A DNA stretch of 64,000 bases from Promethearchaeota archaeon. GTDB lineage: Archaea; Asgardarchaeota; Lokiarchaeia; Sigyniarchaeales; SOKP01. This document shows, one piece after another, positions 10,443-19,901 of this stretch (the first letter of the stretch is position 1; every line of letters begins with the position of its first letter). The stretch lies in the NCBI GenBank assembly GCA_019058365.1, contig JAHPZE010000017.1, forward strand, positions 22,830 to 86,829. Direction: 5' to 3'. The notes under the pieces were generated by a model that saw only the letters and a program-made list of their open reading frames with translations, was not told where the DNA came from and ran no database searches. Both the position numbers and the translations under genes were made by a program.

Positions 10443-11432
10443 ATGCAAGAATTCAGAATCAATGATTATATCTCTCTCTCTCTTAAGGGTGAGAAGACCA
10501 TTATTTATGTGAATAATGAAGAGTTTATGCAATGTAAATCATTATTGTTAAATATTCCAACTGATAATGCTCAATTTTCTAACTTATTCAAATCTATTGA
10601 CGAAGCTGCAGAGATTTTTCAATGGTCGGAAGATAAGCAGGAAACTTTTGAATATGCATTATCATCTGAAGTAGAATTCTGGGGTCATTGCAGCAATTTA
10701 CAGGCATGGGTGGAGAGTGATTATGACACTCGGTTATTACATAGTAATCTGGCGTTTCCACTTTTAAGAAAGTTGGGTGCCATTGGAGAACCAAAAGCAG
10801 CAAGAGTTTTTAAACTTGAGATTCTAAGACGTTTTAATGAAGGTAATAATATAACTAGAGAATTTTTAATTGAGAACGAGTATTTAGATTATCTAGAAGA
10901 GGAAGACGTTAGGAGTTCTCTACTCATAGAGGAAGTATTGCTACTTGAAGATTTAGAGAAATATCTGCAGAAAAGTATTACTTTGACAGAATATTTAGAA
11001 GGAATTACCGATGGATTAGCTGTAGACTGTTACTATATTGAGGATTACAAGATTATCGGTCTGAAAATCCGCACCCTTACAATTGATGTAGTTCCAGAAT
11101 TAATTGGGAAGTTTAAGAATCTAAGATACTTAAATCTATCTCATAACTACCTCAAATATTTACCAGCATCAATTGGAAAGTTAAAGAATTTGGAGATTTT
11201 GAATCTTGCACGTAATGAATTTGAGAAGATACCATTATCATTTAGGAACCTTGAAAAATTAAGAGAGCTAAATTTAAAATACAATAAGTTAAGGAAGGTC
11301 CCTTCGATGTTAGGGAACATTAAAACGCTCTATCTATTATACTTAGATGATAATCCTATAGATTACTTTCCAAAAAAACTTGGAAATCTTATGAAAGAGG
11401 ATAAAAATAGTAGGTATAAAAATGTAAGATAA
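10443..11432 (+). CDS. Leucine-rich repeat protein with Loki-type N-terminal domain
   Basis: C-terminal LxxLxLxxNxLxxLPxxIGxL repeats. N-terminal EFWGHCSNLQAW..DTRLLHSNLAFPLL domain. Confidence 0.9.
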   Translation: MQEFRINDYISLSLKGEKTIIYVNNEEFMQCKSLLLNIPTDNAQFSNLFKSIDEAAEIFQWSEDKQETFEYALSSEVEFWGHCSNLQAWVESDYDTRLLHSNLAFPLLRKLGAIGEPKAARVFKLEILRRFNEGNNITREFLIENEYLDYLEEEDVRSSLLIEEVLLLEDLEKYLQKSITLTEYLEGITDGLAVDCYYIEDYKIIGLKIRTLTIDVVPELIGKFKNLRYLNLSHNYLKYLPASIGKLKNLEILNLARNEFEKIPLSFRNLEKLRELNLKYNKLRKVPSMLGNIKTLYLLYLDDNPIDYFPKKLGNLMKEDKNSRYKNVR

Positions 11433-11477
11433 CAATTTTACATTAAAATATTTGAATAAAAATAGATCATATGAGTT

Positions 11478-12185
11478 TTAATCTTTTATTTCATTGAGGA
11501 GCGGTTCAAGTTCTTTATCAGATAAGAATCCCTTAATCTCTAATAATTGCTTAATTTTTTCAATTGCTTTTTTAGCGTTTATGGCTTCAGACATTTGAGC
11601 TTCAAACGCTTTATATTTTTTAATTTGCTTATCATTAAATTTTATTTCATCATTTAATTTCTTCTTTAGATCCTCAATTTGAATATTAAGGTGTTGGATT
11701 TCTTCATTTTTTTTTAAAAGTTCATTTACTTTATTCAACATCTCTTCTTCTTTTTTTTGAATATCTTTATCCTTAACTAATACTATTTGTTCCATTTTGG
11801 ATGATTTTTCAATATTGAGATTTGATTGAACTTCCAGATTTGTAATTTTTTCAATAGCTTCATTGAGTTTCTCTTCTAAATTGGAATTATCAGATATCAA
11901 TTTAGCAAGTTCAATATCTGTATGCAATTTTTCTTGTTTAACTTCATCCAAAGATTTTCTAGTAGAGGATTTTCTTTCTGTAAGTTCAGTTAAACTTCTT
12001 TCACGACCTGCTAACTTGTCTTTAGTTTCATTTAATACACGTATAGTTTTATCTAATTTCTGTTGATTTTGCTTCAATTCTAATTCTAATTCTTTAATTT
12101 TAGATCTAAGTTCTAATAAAAATTTTCCTTCTATGGATAATTTCTTATCTGGTTTTTCCTCGGCTTTAACCCAGTCGATTGAAAT
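11478..12185 (-). CDS. Coiled-coil protein, paralog B; probable true start ATT at 12185 (track start 12077 is internal)
   Basis: In-frame extension ISIDWVKAEEKPDKKLSIEGKFLLELRSKIKELE aligns with the N-terminus of paralog A. Tail KGFLSDKEL. Confidence 0.75.
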   Translation of the reverse strand: MSIDWVKAEEKPDKKLSIEGKFLLELRSKIKELELELKQNQQKLDKTIRVLNETKDKLAGRERSLTELTERKSSTRKSLDEVKQEKLHTDIELAKLISDNSNLEEKLNEAIEKITNLEVQSNLNIEKSSKMEQIVLVKDKDIQKKEEEMLNKVNELLKKNEEIQHLNIQIEDLKKKLNDEIKFNDKQIKKYKAFEAQMSEAINAKKAIEKIKQLLEIKGFLSDKELEPLLNEIKD

Positions 12186-12313
12186 TTTTCCATCACCATC
12201 AAATTGAATTTTTGTTATAATTTAAAGATAAAATAATTATGTATAAAAATTAATTATTTCAGTTTAAGAAAATATTGAATCATTAAAATAACATAATGTT
12301 TAATTTTCATTAA

Positions 12314-13117
12314 ATGGTTAAAATTTCTCTTGGAACAGCTGGATGGGATTACAAAGATTGGGTTGGTCCATTCTACCCAAAAAAGTTGGAAAAATCCCAT
12401 CAATTAGAATTTTTTTCTAATTATTTCAATATTGTGGAAATTAATTCAACATTCTATAACATGCCATCTGAAAATATGGTAATTAACTGGTATAATCGTG
12501 TGTCCGAACATTTTCGTTTTGTTGTTAAACTATGGCAAAAAATAACACATGATCTTAATAATTTTGAAATAAACCAAAGGATTCTTGAATTTTTTAGTAG
12601 AATTAGACCATTACAAGGAAAAATCTCTGGATTTCTTCTTCAATTTCCACCATGGTTTAATTTTTCAGAAAAGCATCTAGAACAATTGAATAATTTATTC
12701 AAGACACTTCCATCTGAGAATAAATACATAGTTGAACTAAGAGATAATTCTTGGTTTAAACATGAAATTCTTTCAAATTTTATAAATGGGAAAAATGTAA
12801 TATTCGGAACCACTTATATGCCAAATATTACGCCATATTACATGCTAAATCAAAATTTTTATTATATAAGGCTAATTGGAGATAGAGAACTCACGATTTT
12901 TAATCGAATTCAAAGAAATCAAACAGAAGCTTTAAATGACCTTTATAAGAATATTCAAAACTTAGTGAAAATCTCAAATGTCTATGAAATTTTTATTATT
13001 GTCAATAATCACTTTCAAGGTTTTGCCCCAGAAAGTGTGAATAATTTAAAAAAGAAATTCGGGTTATCCTATCGTAATTTTAACAAACAAAAAAGCTTAA
13101 TAGACTTTACTTTATAA
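12314..13117 (+). CDS. DUF72 family protein
   Basis: GTAGWDYKDW.GPFYP, VEINSTFY, LQFPP, VELR..SW, YIRLIG and NN motifs. Confidence 0.9.
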   Translation: MVKISLGTAGWDYKDWVGPFYPKKLEKSHQLEFFSNYFNIVEINSTFYNMPSENMVINWYNRVSEHFRFVVKLWQKITHDLNNFEINQRILEFFSRIRPLQGKISGFLLQFPPWFNFSEKHLEQLNNLFKTLPSENKYIVELRDNSWFKHEILSNFINGKNVIFGTTYMPNITPYYMLNQNFYYIRLIGDRELTIFNRIQRNQTEALNDLYKNIQNLVKISNVYEIFIIVNNHFQGFAPESVNNLKKKFGLSYRNFNKQKSLIDFTL

Positions 13118-13181
13118 TCCATTTAAAATTTCCCTAATGAATAAGAAAATTTTAAATATTGGCGGTTATTAACTATTTTTT

Positions 13182-14429
13182 ATGGATTTTATTGATAATT
13201 TAAAGAAATTAGGTAAGAATTGGCGGTTATTAGCTCTTGTAATTTGGCTATTAATAGGAGTAGCTATAATTCCTTATCCTAATCCTGTTGTTTCTTTGAT
13301 TGGTATTATAATATTTTTTCCGTTTTTAGTCTTTTTAATGTTCTTATTTTTGCTCTCTCTTGTTTCTAAGAAAAGTATTTTTGAGTACCCTCCTTGGAAG
13401 ATAATTTTATTTTTACTTGTCTCCTTACCAATTATGGCATTAATTTCAATCGTTCTAATACTTTTATTTATCATTTCTGTTATTACCTATTTCCTCTTTA
13501 CATCTTGGTTTATCTTATATGGGTGCTTTTTAATTGGGAGAAGAGTTGATAAACAGGCATTAAAAACAGTAAAAGCAAAGGCTTTTATAAGAACCCTTAT
13601 TTTTATTGGTGGTTTAACTGCGTCCATTATTTTCTTATATCTCTTCATTATAGCACCCAAATTATTCGATTTTTCAGTTATTAGTGACACACCAATGCCG
13701 TGGTATTTAAATGGAGTATATATACTTGTTGGAGCAATTCTTATTGGACTTGCTATTACAATTGTTGTCTATAAGTTTCATAAAGTCTTTAATGGATGGT
13801 TTGGAATATTTGCAATATTGGTTTCTTTCTATACACTATTTCTGGTTATAAAGATTTATCTTGGTCTAGCTCCTACAAAAACTACTGGATTTGGTCCAAT
13901 TTGGGCCTATCTTACCATGATAATCCCTGATCTACTTATCATATTTTATTCTCTAAGTACTCTTATGGGTTCACAAGCAGAATTCTTAAGCAAAAAGCTA
14001 AAAAGGTTTGAGCTAGATACTGTAATAATTTGGTTAATTCTCTCAAAGGTAACATATGAATTCATACATTATTTTCCATATGATCTTTTAAGTGGTATTC
14101 AAATTCCTTGGATTCAGTGGTTTGCTGATAATATAGATAATGATCTTATTAATCAAGTAAAAAATATTGCTGTATTAGGGTTTTTTGTACTCCTTTTAAT
14201 AATAATAGGATTATATGAAATCATGAAATATTCTGAAGGAAAGTTAAAAGCAAGAAAAGAGGAAAAGGTTAAATTAAGCGAAATTATATTCCCCGAACCT
14301 ACTATTGAAGAACCTGAAATAATTACTGAGGAAAGCAAAACAATCGATGATATTGATGTAGCTATTTCCAAAGAAGACGATTTTAAGGAAAAAAATAATA
14401 ATGAATCAGAAAAAGATTTAACTTTTTAA
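13182..14429 (+). CDS. Polytopic membrane protein with acidic C-terminal tail
   Basis: About 9-10 hydrophobic segments and an E/D-rich C-terminus. Confidence 0.8.
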   Translation: MDFIDNLKKLGKNWRLLALVIWLLIGVAIIPYPNPVVSLIGIIIFFPFLVFLMFLFLLSLVSKKSIFEYPPWKIILFLLVSLPIMALISIVLILLFIISVITYFLFTSWFILYGCFLIGRRVDKQALKTVKAKAFIRTLIFIGGLTASIIFLYLFIIAPKLFDFSVISDTPMPWYLNGVYILVGAILIGLAITIVVYKFHKVFNGWFGIFAILVSFYTLFLVIKIYLGLAPTKTTGFGPIWAYLTMIIPDLLIIFYSLSTLMGSQAEFLSKKLKRFELDTVIIWLILSKVTYEFIHYFPYDLLSGIQIPWIQWFADNIDNDLINQVKNIAVLGFFVLLLIIIGLYEIMKYSEGKLKARKEEKVKLSEIIFPEPTIEEPEIITEESKTIDDIDVAISKEDDFKEKNNNESEKDLTF

Positions 14430-14580
14430 ATATGATAAATTGCATGAGTTTATTAAACTCTCTTTTTTTTATATTTGAAACAATAATTCAAAAAAAATTA
14501 CTAATTCCTCATAGATTAATAGTTTAATAATTAGTTTTATAAACACTAATTCAAAAATTGTCTTACGTAAATTCTAATTA

Positions 14581-15108
14581 GTGTTTTATATGAGTAATTT
14601 AGAACCCAGAACTGTAGAAATCTTTCTAAAGAAATTTGAGAAATTATCTCTCAAAATTGAACAGTTAACAGACGAAATTTCAAAAATGAAGACTAAATTA
14701 GATAAGAATTATAAGGTTAATAGAACATTTGGACTGAAATCAGTAAGAAACTCTCAACAACTTGACTTTGCAAGGGATGTCATGGGAATTGGAAGCCCTA
14801 CTAAAAGATACTTATTATCTCTAAGAGCAATTACCGAAGAATGGAAAGGAAGAAAAAATGATTTTCTAATAACTGTAAGACAACAAGAAAAAGAAACCCA
14901 TATGGATTTGAAAGCGCTTGGCATCAGGATTCCCGTCAATGATATCAAGAATATTCGTGTTTTAGCTAAACAAATACTCTCATTATTATATATATCATGT
15001 GAATTGCAGGGAATTGCTATTAATGAGATCTTAAGAGAGATAATCACTGAGATAAATAATGAAGGGCAGAAAATGGTCCAAGAAATTAAACAAAAATTCA
15101 TTCTTTAA
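14581..15108 (+). CDS. Hypothetical protein with N-terminal coiled coil
   Basis: 175-aa ORF with protein-like composition; alternative ATG starts at 14590. Confidence 0.7.
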   Translation: MFYMSNLEPRTVEIFLKKFEKLSLKIEQLTDEISKMKTKLDKNYKVNRTFGLKSVRNSQQLDFARDVMGIGSPTKRYLLSLRAITEEWKGRKNDFLITVRQQEKETHMDLKALGIRIPVNDIKNIRVLAKQILSLLYISCELQGIAINEILREIITEINNEGQKMVQEIKQKFIL

Positions 15109-15189
15109 GATTTCTTCAATAATCACCATTCATTTGCCTTTTTCACAGAGAAAAAGTTAAAAAAGTTCTTAAAATATAAAATTTAAATT

Positions 15190-15211
15190 TCGTGAAACAA
15201 GAATTTCACGA
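15190..15211. promoter_or_regulatory. Perfect inverted repeat TCGTGAAA-N6-TTTCACGA, candidate operator
   Basis: 8-bp perfect arms about 125 nt upstream of the crotonase gene. Confidence 0.4.
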
Positions 15212-15336
15212 TCAAATTACTAAATTTGCCAGTTTATCATTTTTAAAGTTTAAAAAACCAAAAATAATATATTTTGTTCATATTAAGGATTAATCATTAG
15301 AAATTAAATTATTTAAAATGTATGAAGGATTAAAAA

Positions 15337-16125
15337 ATGGAGTATAAAGAGATAGTTTTTGAAAAAAAGGATAGAATTGCCCGTATAACCATCAATCGGC
15401 CTCAACGTTATAATGCATGCAATCTTCGCGCTGTCCATGAATTGATTGATGCATTTGATCATTGTTGGGACAATGAAATTGGAGTTGTCGTTTTTACAGG
15501 AATAGGTGAGAAAGCATTTTGTACTGGTGGCGATCAGACAACACGTGAGAAGGGTGGTTATGAAGGAGAACTTTTATTACCACTTGAAGTTGGCTGGCAA
15601 CGAGTAACACATTTAATAAGAACCTTACCTAAACCTGTTATTGCACGTGTAAATGGTTATGCCATAGGGGGAGGACATGTATGGCATGTCAATTGTGATC
15701 TGAGTATTGCAGCAGAACACGCACAATTTGGACAAGCAGGACCTCGTGTTGGTTCATTTGATCCTGGATATGGAACAGGAGATTTAATGCGTGCTGTGGG
15801 GATAAAACGTGCGAAAGAAATTTGGTATCTGTGCCGTAGATACACAGCACGACAAGCTTTAGAAATGGGGCTTGTAAATATGGTAGTCCCATATGACAAA
15901 CTGGATGAGGAAGTAGATAACTGGTGTCAGGAATTGTTAGAGAAGAGCCCTACAGCTCTTAAAATGCTAAAATATGCTTTTTTAGCTGAAACTGATGGAG
16001 TAACAGGCATAACCCAACTAGGAGTTGGGGGCTTATCTATGTATTATAATACAGACGAAGCCATGGAGGGTAAAAATGCCTTTATAGAAAAACGTAAAGC
16101 CGATTTTAACCAATTTAGAAGATAG
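15337..16125 (+). CDS. MenB/BadI-type crotonase (DHNA-CoA synthase or 2-ketocyclohexanecarboxyl-CoA hydrolase-like)
   Basis: AFCTGGDQ, GYAIGGGHV, GQAGPRVGSFDPGYG, GIKRAKEIWYLCRRY, EAMEGKNAFIEKR. Confidence 0.85.
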   Translation: MEYKEIVFEKKDRIARITINRPQRYNACNLRAVHELIDAFDHCWDNEIGVVVFTGIGEKAFCTGGDQTTREKGGYEGELLLPLEVGWQRVTHLIRTLPKPVIARVNGYAIGGGHVWHVNCDLSIAAEHAQFGQAGPRVGSFDPGYGTGDLMRAVGIKRAKEIWYLCRRYTARQALEMGLVNMVVPYDKLDEEVDNWCQELLEKSPTALKMLKYAFLAETDGVTGITQLGVGGLSMYYNTDEAMEGKNAFIEKRKADFNQFRR

Positions 16126-16181
16126 AAACAAAGAAATTAATTTCTTTTTATCACAGTTATAAGTATCTTTAACTCAGTTAA

Positions 16182-17930
16182 TTATTTTTTTATTAAGATT
16201 AATCTATCTTCTTCAATAACAATTTTATCTTTATTTAAAGGACTATAATTATAAGTAATTTTCATTGTATTCACTATAAGAGTCCCTAAAAAGCTTAATT
16301 TCAATGTATTAAACAGATCATTGATCATCTGGAGATCCTCTGGAATGGAGACCCCAAAAAAAGGATTGAGAAATAAATATAAAGCGGCTCCAAATATTAT
16401 TCCAATAAAAAGGCTAACTATATTATTAAATGGAATTATCAACATGATCAAAAGGAGTATTGTTAAATTAGGGATTAATCTATAGATTCGAAAATTGTAT
16501 TTAATCTTGAGTTTTCGTTTAAGTTGAATTAAAATAAAGGGCAAAAGAAATAATGCTGAAATTAGCATTACAATACCAATACCTAAAATTCCAAAAAAGA
16601 AAATAAAAATTGGTGCCGTCGTTAGAATTATTAGAAGTGTTATTGAGAACCCTATTGCAGCTAAATTAGCATTGCCTGATCCTATCAAAGCATTCCCAAA
16701 TAATGTTGAGTATCCATAAAGAAATTGTCCAATTATAATCAAGATAAATAAGGTTTGAGCCATAGCAAATAGATTACTATTAAAAACAGTCCCTTTATAA
16801 AAAAAATCTCGATGTAAGTAAAGTAATATTTCTTTAGACAAAGCGACCATTGCTGTTAAAAAACCTAAAGCTAAAATACTTGAAATTCGTGTAGATGCAT
16901 TTATTGACTCTTCGATAGTGTCATGATACTTTTTAACAGATGCTTCAGCAATTTCAATATTTAATGGAGCAGAATAGTACAGAATCACAGATTTTACTGC
17001 ACCATAGGCCATCAACACAGTTAATAAACTCAGACCTAAATTTTGATATGAAGTGTCTGTGAAAATTGTCAAATATACAGCAGCAATCAAGAATAAGATA
17101 TATTCAAAAAATTTAGAATTCTGAATATTGGTTATCATAGAATACATTGAATTTTTCAGATAAATCAGGATTTGATAATTTTCAATAAGTTCTCCAACTT
17201 CAGGAGAAGCTCTTTTCCTCATGTTTCGAGTTCTTAAACTTGCTCTAAAAATCTCGATAATTGAATAAGGAGTTAATCGCTTAAAGAAATAAATTAATAG
17301 ACTTATTGTTATTATATTGAAAAATGGATAAAACGCAAACAAAAAAGGATCTAAACCATAAGTAATAAAAATAATACCTAATGGTAAAATAAAAATTCCA
17401 TTAAAAATTGATGCAAAAGCAATTATGTCATATCTGTTTTTAATCTCTAATCCTATTTGAAACATAAAAGTACCATAGATTAAAAATGAAGAAAAACCAG
17501 AAGCAAAGATGCATTCTCTTAACAAATTATTTGTTAAAAAAGATCCAAAAATAAAGGGAATAGCTATCATTGTTAATCCTAATCCCAATCCAATTATGAA
17601 TAATAACTTTGAATATGTTGTAGCTTTGATCCGTCCAAGTTCTTCATTTATAACAAATGCTGCTTTAATTTCGGCAATAAAATATCGGGAAATTCCAATT
17701 CCAATTAAGCTTAAAATTCCATTAATTGCGGTTGTTAAACCAAAATAAGTTAATCCCGACCAATTCGTTCCTAAAATAATAAAAATCCAGATACAACCCG
17801 CATTAATTAATGAAAAAAGCATAGTGAGAGAGCCTGAAGTAATTGCACGCGAACTTCCTTCCTTTTCAAAAAATTTCTTATCTCTTTTAAATTTAAATTG
17901 AGATCTTTCTTTATCTTTTGATATTACCAT
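16182..17930 (-). CDS. MOP/MATE superfamily flippase-like membrane protein
   Basis: About 14 TM segments in two halves; ALIGSGN..LAAI motif in the second half. Confidence 0.65.
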   Translation of the reverse strand: MVISKDKERSQFKFKRDKKFFEKEGSSRAITSGSLTMLFSLINAGCIWIFIILGTNWSGLTYFGLTTAINGILSLIGIGISRYFIAEIKAAFVINEELGRIKATTYSKLLFIIGLGLGLTMIAIPFIFGSFLTNNLLRECIFASGFSSFLIYGTFMFQIGLEIKNRYDIIAFASIFNGIFILPLGIIFITYGLDPFLFAFYPFFNIITISLLIYFFKRLTPYSIIEIFRASLRTRNMRKRASPEVGELIENYQILIYLKNSMYSMITNIQNSKFFEYILFLIAAVYLTIFTDTSYQNLGLSLLTVLMAYGAVKSVILYYSAPLNIEIAEASVKKYHDTIEESINASTRISSILALGFLTAMVALSKEILLYLHRDFFYKGTVFNSNLFAMAQTLFILIIIGQFLYGYSTLFGNALIGSGNANLAAIGFSITLLIILTTAPIFIFFFGILGIGIVMLISALFLLPFILIQLKRKLKIKYNFRIYRLIPNLTILLLIMLIIPFNNIVSLFIGIIFGAALYLFLNPFFGVSIPEDLQMINDLFNTLKLSFLGTLIVNTMKITYNYSPLNKDKIVIEEDRLILIKK

Positions 17931-18092
17931 AAATAGTGGGCATTCTCTAAGTAAATTACAGATATTGAATTAAAGGATTATAAAAAACTTTTAGCTTTAA
18001 AAATATTAATCTAAACGGAAGGAGCTACCCTAGTTTATTTATCATATAATAAAAGAGGTTTTTAAAAATAATAACCTTCTTAGCATTATTAC

Positions 18093-18293
18093 TTGGTAAA
18101 AAAAGTTGAACTGTCCAAAATGAGTAAAGAAGTTATTTGTGAAAATTGTGGCGAAAATACGTCATCAGAATTATACGAATGTGCAGATTGTTTTACCCAA
18201 ATATGCGAAGAGTGTGGGAATATTTGTAAAAAATGCGGAGAATACCTATGTGATGGATGTTATCATGATCATAAGAAGAATTGTAAGAAATGA
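18093..18293 (+). CDS. Small Cys-rich zinc-finger protein
   Basis: Five CxxC pairs plus terminal HxxxC in 66 aa. ATGA overlap with the next gene. Confidence 0.75.
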   Translation: MVKKVELSKMSKEVICENCGENTSSELYECADCFTQICEECGNICKKCGEYLCDGCYHDHKKNCKK

Positions 18294-18694
18294 AAGGTAC
18301 TTACATCTTAGTTGTTTTCATACAAAAAAATATTGAACTTAATATCGGTGCTCTTGGTAAAATTAAATTTAAAAAAGGTTTTTACTTATATATAGGTTCA
18401 GCTATGGCAAATTCTGGCTCAACAACACTAATTAATAGAGTCAGAAGACACATATCTCCCTCAGAGAGTAAAAAAATACGTTGGCACATCGATTATTTGC
18501 TTCAAAGCAAATTTGCCTCTATTTACCGTATATATTTAATTCCTTCTCTTCAGAATCTAGAGTGCTTAATAGCGAATGAATTATTAAACATATCAGATGG
18601 CTACATTAATAAATTTGGATCATCAGATTGTCTTTGTAAATCCCATTTGCTTTATTTTAAAGAGTTTAAACCATTAAAAAAATTAATCCAATAA
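18290..18694 (+). CDS. DUF123 / GIY-YIG (Uri superfamily) nuclease
   Basis: KGTYIL, GFYLYIGSA, RVRRH, WHIDYL, FGSSDCLCKSHL. Confidence 0.9.
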   Translation: MKGTYILVVFIQKNIELNIGALGKIKFKKGFYLYIGSAMANSGSTTLINRVRRHISPSESKKIRWHIDYLLQSKFASIYRIYLIPSLQNLECLIANELLNISDGYINKFGSSDCLCKSHLLYFKEFKPLKKLIQ

Positions 18695-19163
18695 ATAAGA
18701 CAATATCTATCATAATTTCCACTAAAACAGCTTTTTTTACATAAATCCAAGTTGGGAGCCAAAAAAGTGTTTTTTCTCTAATTTTATCTACAAACCTATG
18801 GAAAAAGTTGTTATGATGATAATCTATTTTCCCATTTGTATTTCTCCTTCTTTGAATTCGTCTTACTATTGTCCAATCCCAAATATCTGGTAAATTAGCA
18901 AATATAATTCCTAAATAGTAGAAAAAAAAAGGAATTATTGCTATATAACCAACAACGCGTACACTAATATTCCAAAAAACCCAGAATTTATCATCCCAAT
19001 GTGGTTCAGGAGTATGATAGGTAATTTTTGAAAATGCATCAACAATAAAATGGGATAAAAAAGCAATGATTACGGTAAGTAAGAAGTTAAAGGGAAAAGT
19101 AAAAAACATAAAACATAAAATTTGAATGAACACACCAATTAAAACGTGAGTGATTAAATTCAT
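18666..19163 (-). CDS. Membrane-bound metal-binding hydrolase-like protein, paralog 1
   Basis: THVLIG, SHFIVDA, NLPD and FH motifs in TM context. Confidence 0.7.
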   Translation of the reverse strand: MNLITHVLIGVFIQILCFMFFTFPFNFLLTVIIAFLSHFIVDAFSKITYHTPEPHWDDKFWVFWNISVRVVGYIAIIPFFFYYLGIIFANLPDIWDWTIVRRIQRRRNTNGKIDYHHNNFFHRFVDKIREKTLFWLPTWIYVKKAVLVEIMIDIVLFIGLIFLMV

Positions 19164-19199
19164 AGTTTTTTCAATTAATAGACTTATAACACTTTAAAG

Positions 19200-19261
19200 A
19201 AATGATAATTATAAAAATCCTTAAGTTTAGAAATAATTTTTTATTAAGACATATTATTTAG
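19200..19261. repeat. 62-bp identical direct repeat, copy 1
   Basis: aaatgataattataaaaatccttaagtttagaaataattttttattaagacatattatttag, identical to 19785..19846. Confidence 0.9.
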
Positions 19262-19748
19262 CAAATAAAATTCCAATAATTAAAGCAATATCAATTAATA
19301 TTTCTGATATTGTTGCCTTTTTATTATAGGTCAAATTAGGAAGCCAAAAAAGGGTTTTTTTTCTAATTTTGGCTATAATGCTATGAAAAATGTGATTATA
19401 CCTCCAATTAATTTTCTCTTTTTTAATCATTCTTGTATAAAGTAGCCTTAGAATAACCCAATCGATAAGATCAACTAAATTTGCACAAAGTATTCCCAAA
19501 ATAAATGGGTAAAAAAGAAGTATTAAAATACCTCCAGAGCCATACGTAATTATTTGCCATGAAAGCCAAAATAAATCTCCTTTTTGAGGATCAGGAGGAT
19601 GATATGCAATAAGAACAAAAGCATCAAGAATAAAATGAGAAAAGAATGTAAATAAGATGGTAAAAACAATGTTAAATGGAAATATAAAAATCATAAAGCA
19701 ATAAATCTGAATAATTATACCAGTTAAAACATGCGTTTCCAAATTCAT
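19254..19748 (-). CDS. Membrane-bound metal-binding hydrolase-like protein, paralog 2 (tandem duplicate)
   Basis: THVLTG, SHFILDA, NLVD, FH and KIRKKTLFWLP shared with paralog 1. Confidence 0.7.
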   Translation of the reverse strand: MNLETHVLTGIIIQIYCFMIFIFPFNIVFTILFTFFSHFILDAFVLIAYHPPDPQKGDLFWLSWQIITYGSGGILILLFYPFILGILCANLVDLIDWVILRLLYTRMIKKEKINWRYNHIFHSIIAKIRKKTLFWLPNLTYNKKATISEILIDIALIIGILFAK

Positions 19749-19784
19749 TATCTTTTTAGTTAAAAACTTTATGATACTTTAGAA

Positions 19785-19846
19785 AAATGATAATTATAAA
19801 AATCCTTAAGTTTAGAAATAATTTTTTATTAAGACATATTATTTAG
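19785..19846. repeat. 62-bp identical direct repeat, copy 2
   Basis: Identical to 19200..19261 (period 585 nt). Lies in the divergent promoter region shared with the SDR gene. Confidence 0.9.
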
Positions 19847-19901
19847 GACATATTATTTTGAACTAAAAATAAATAATTAATTAATAAGAGGGAAAAATAT
19901 T

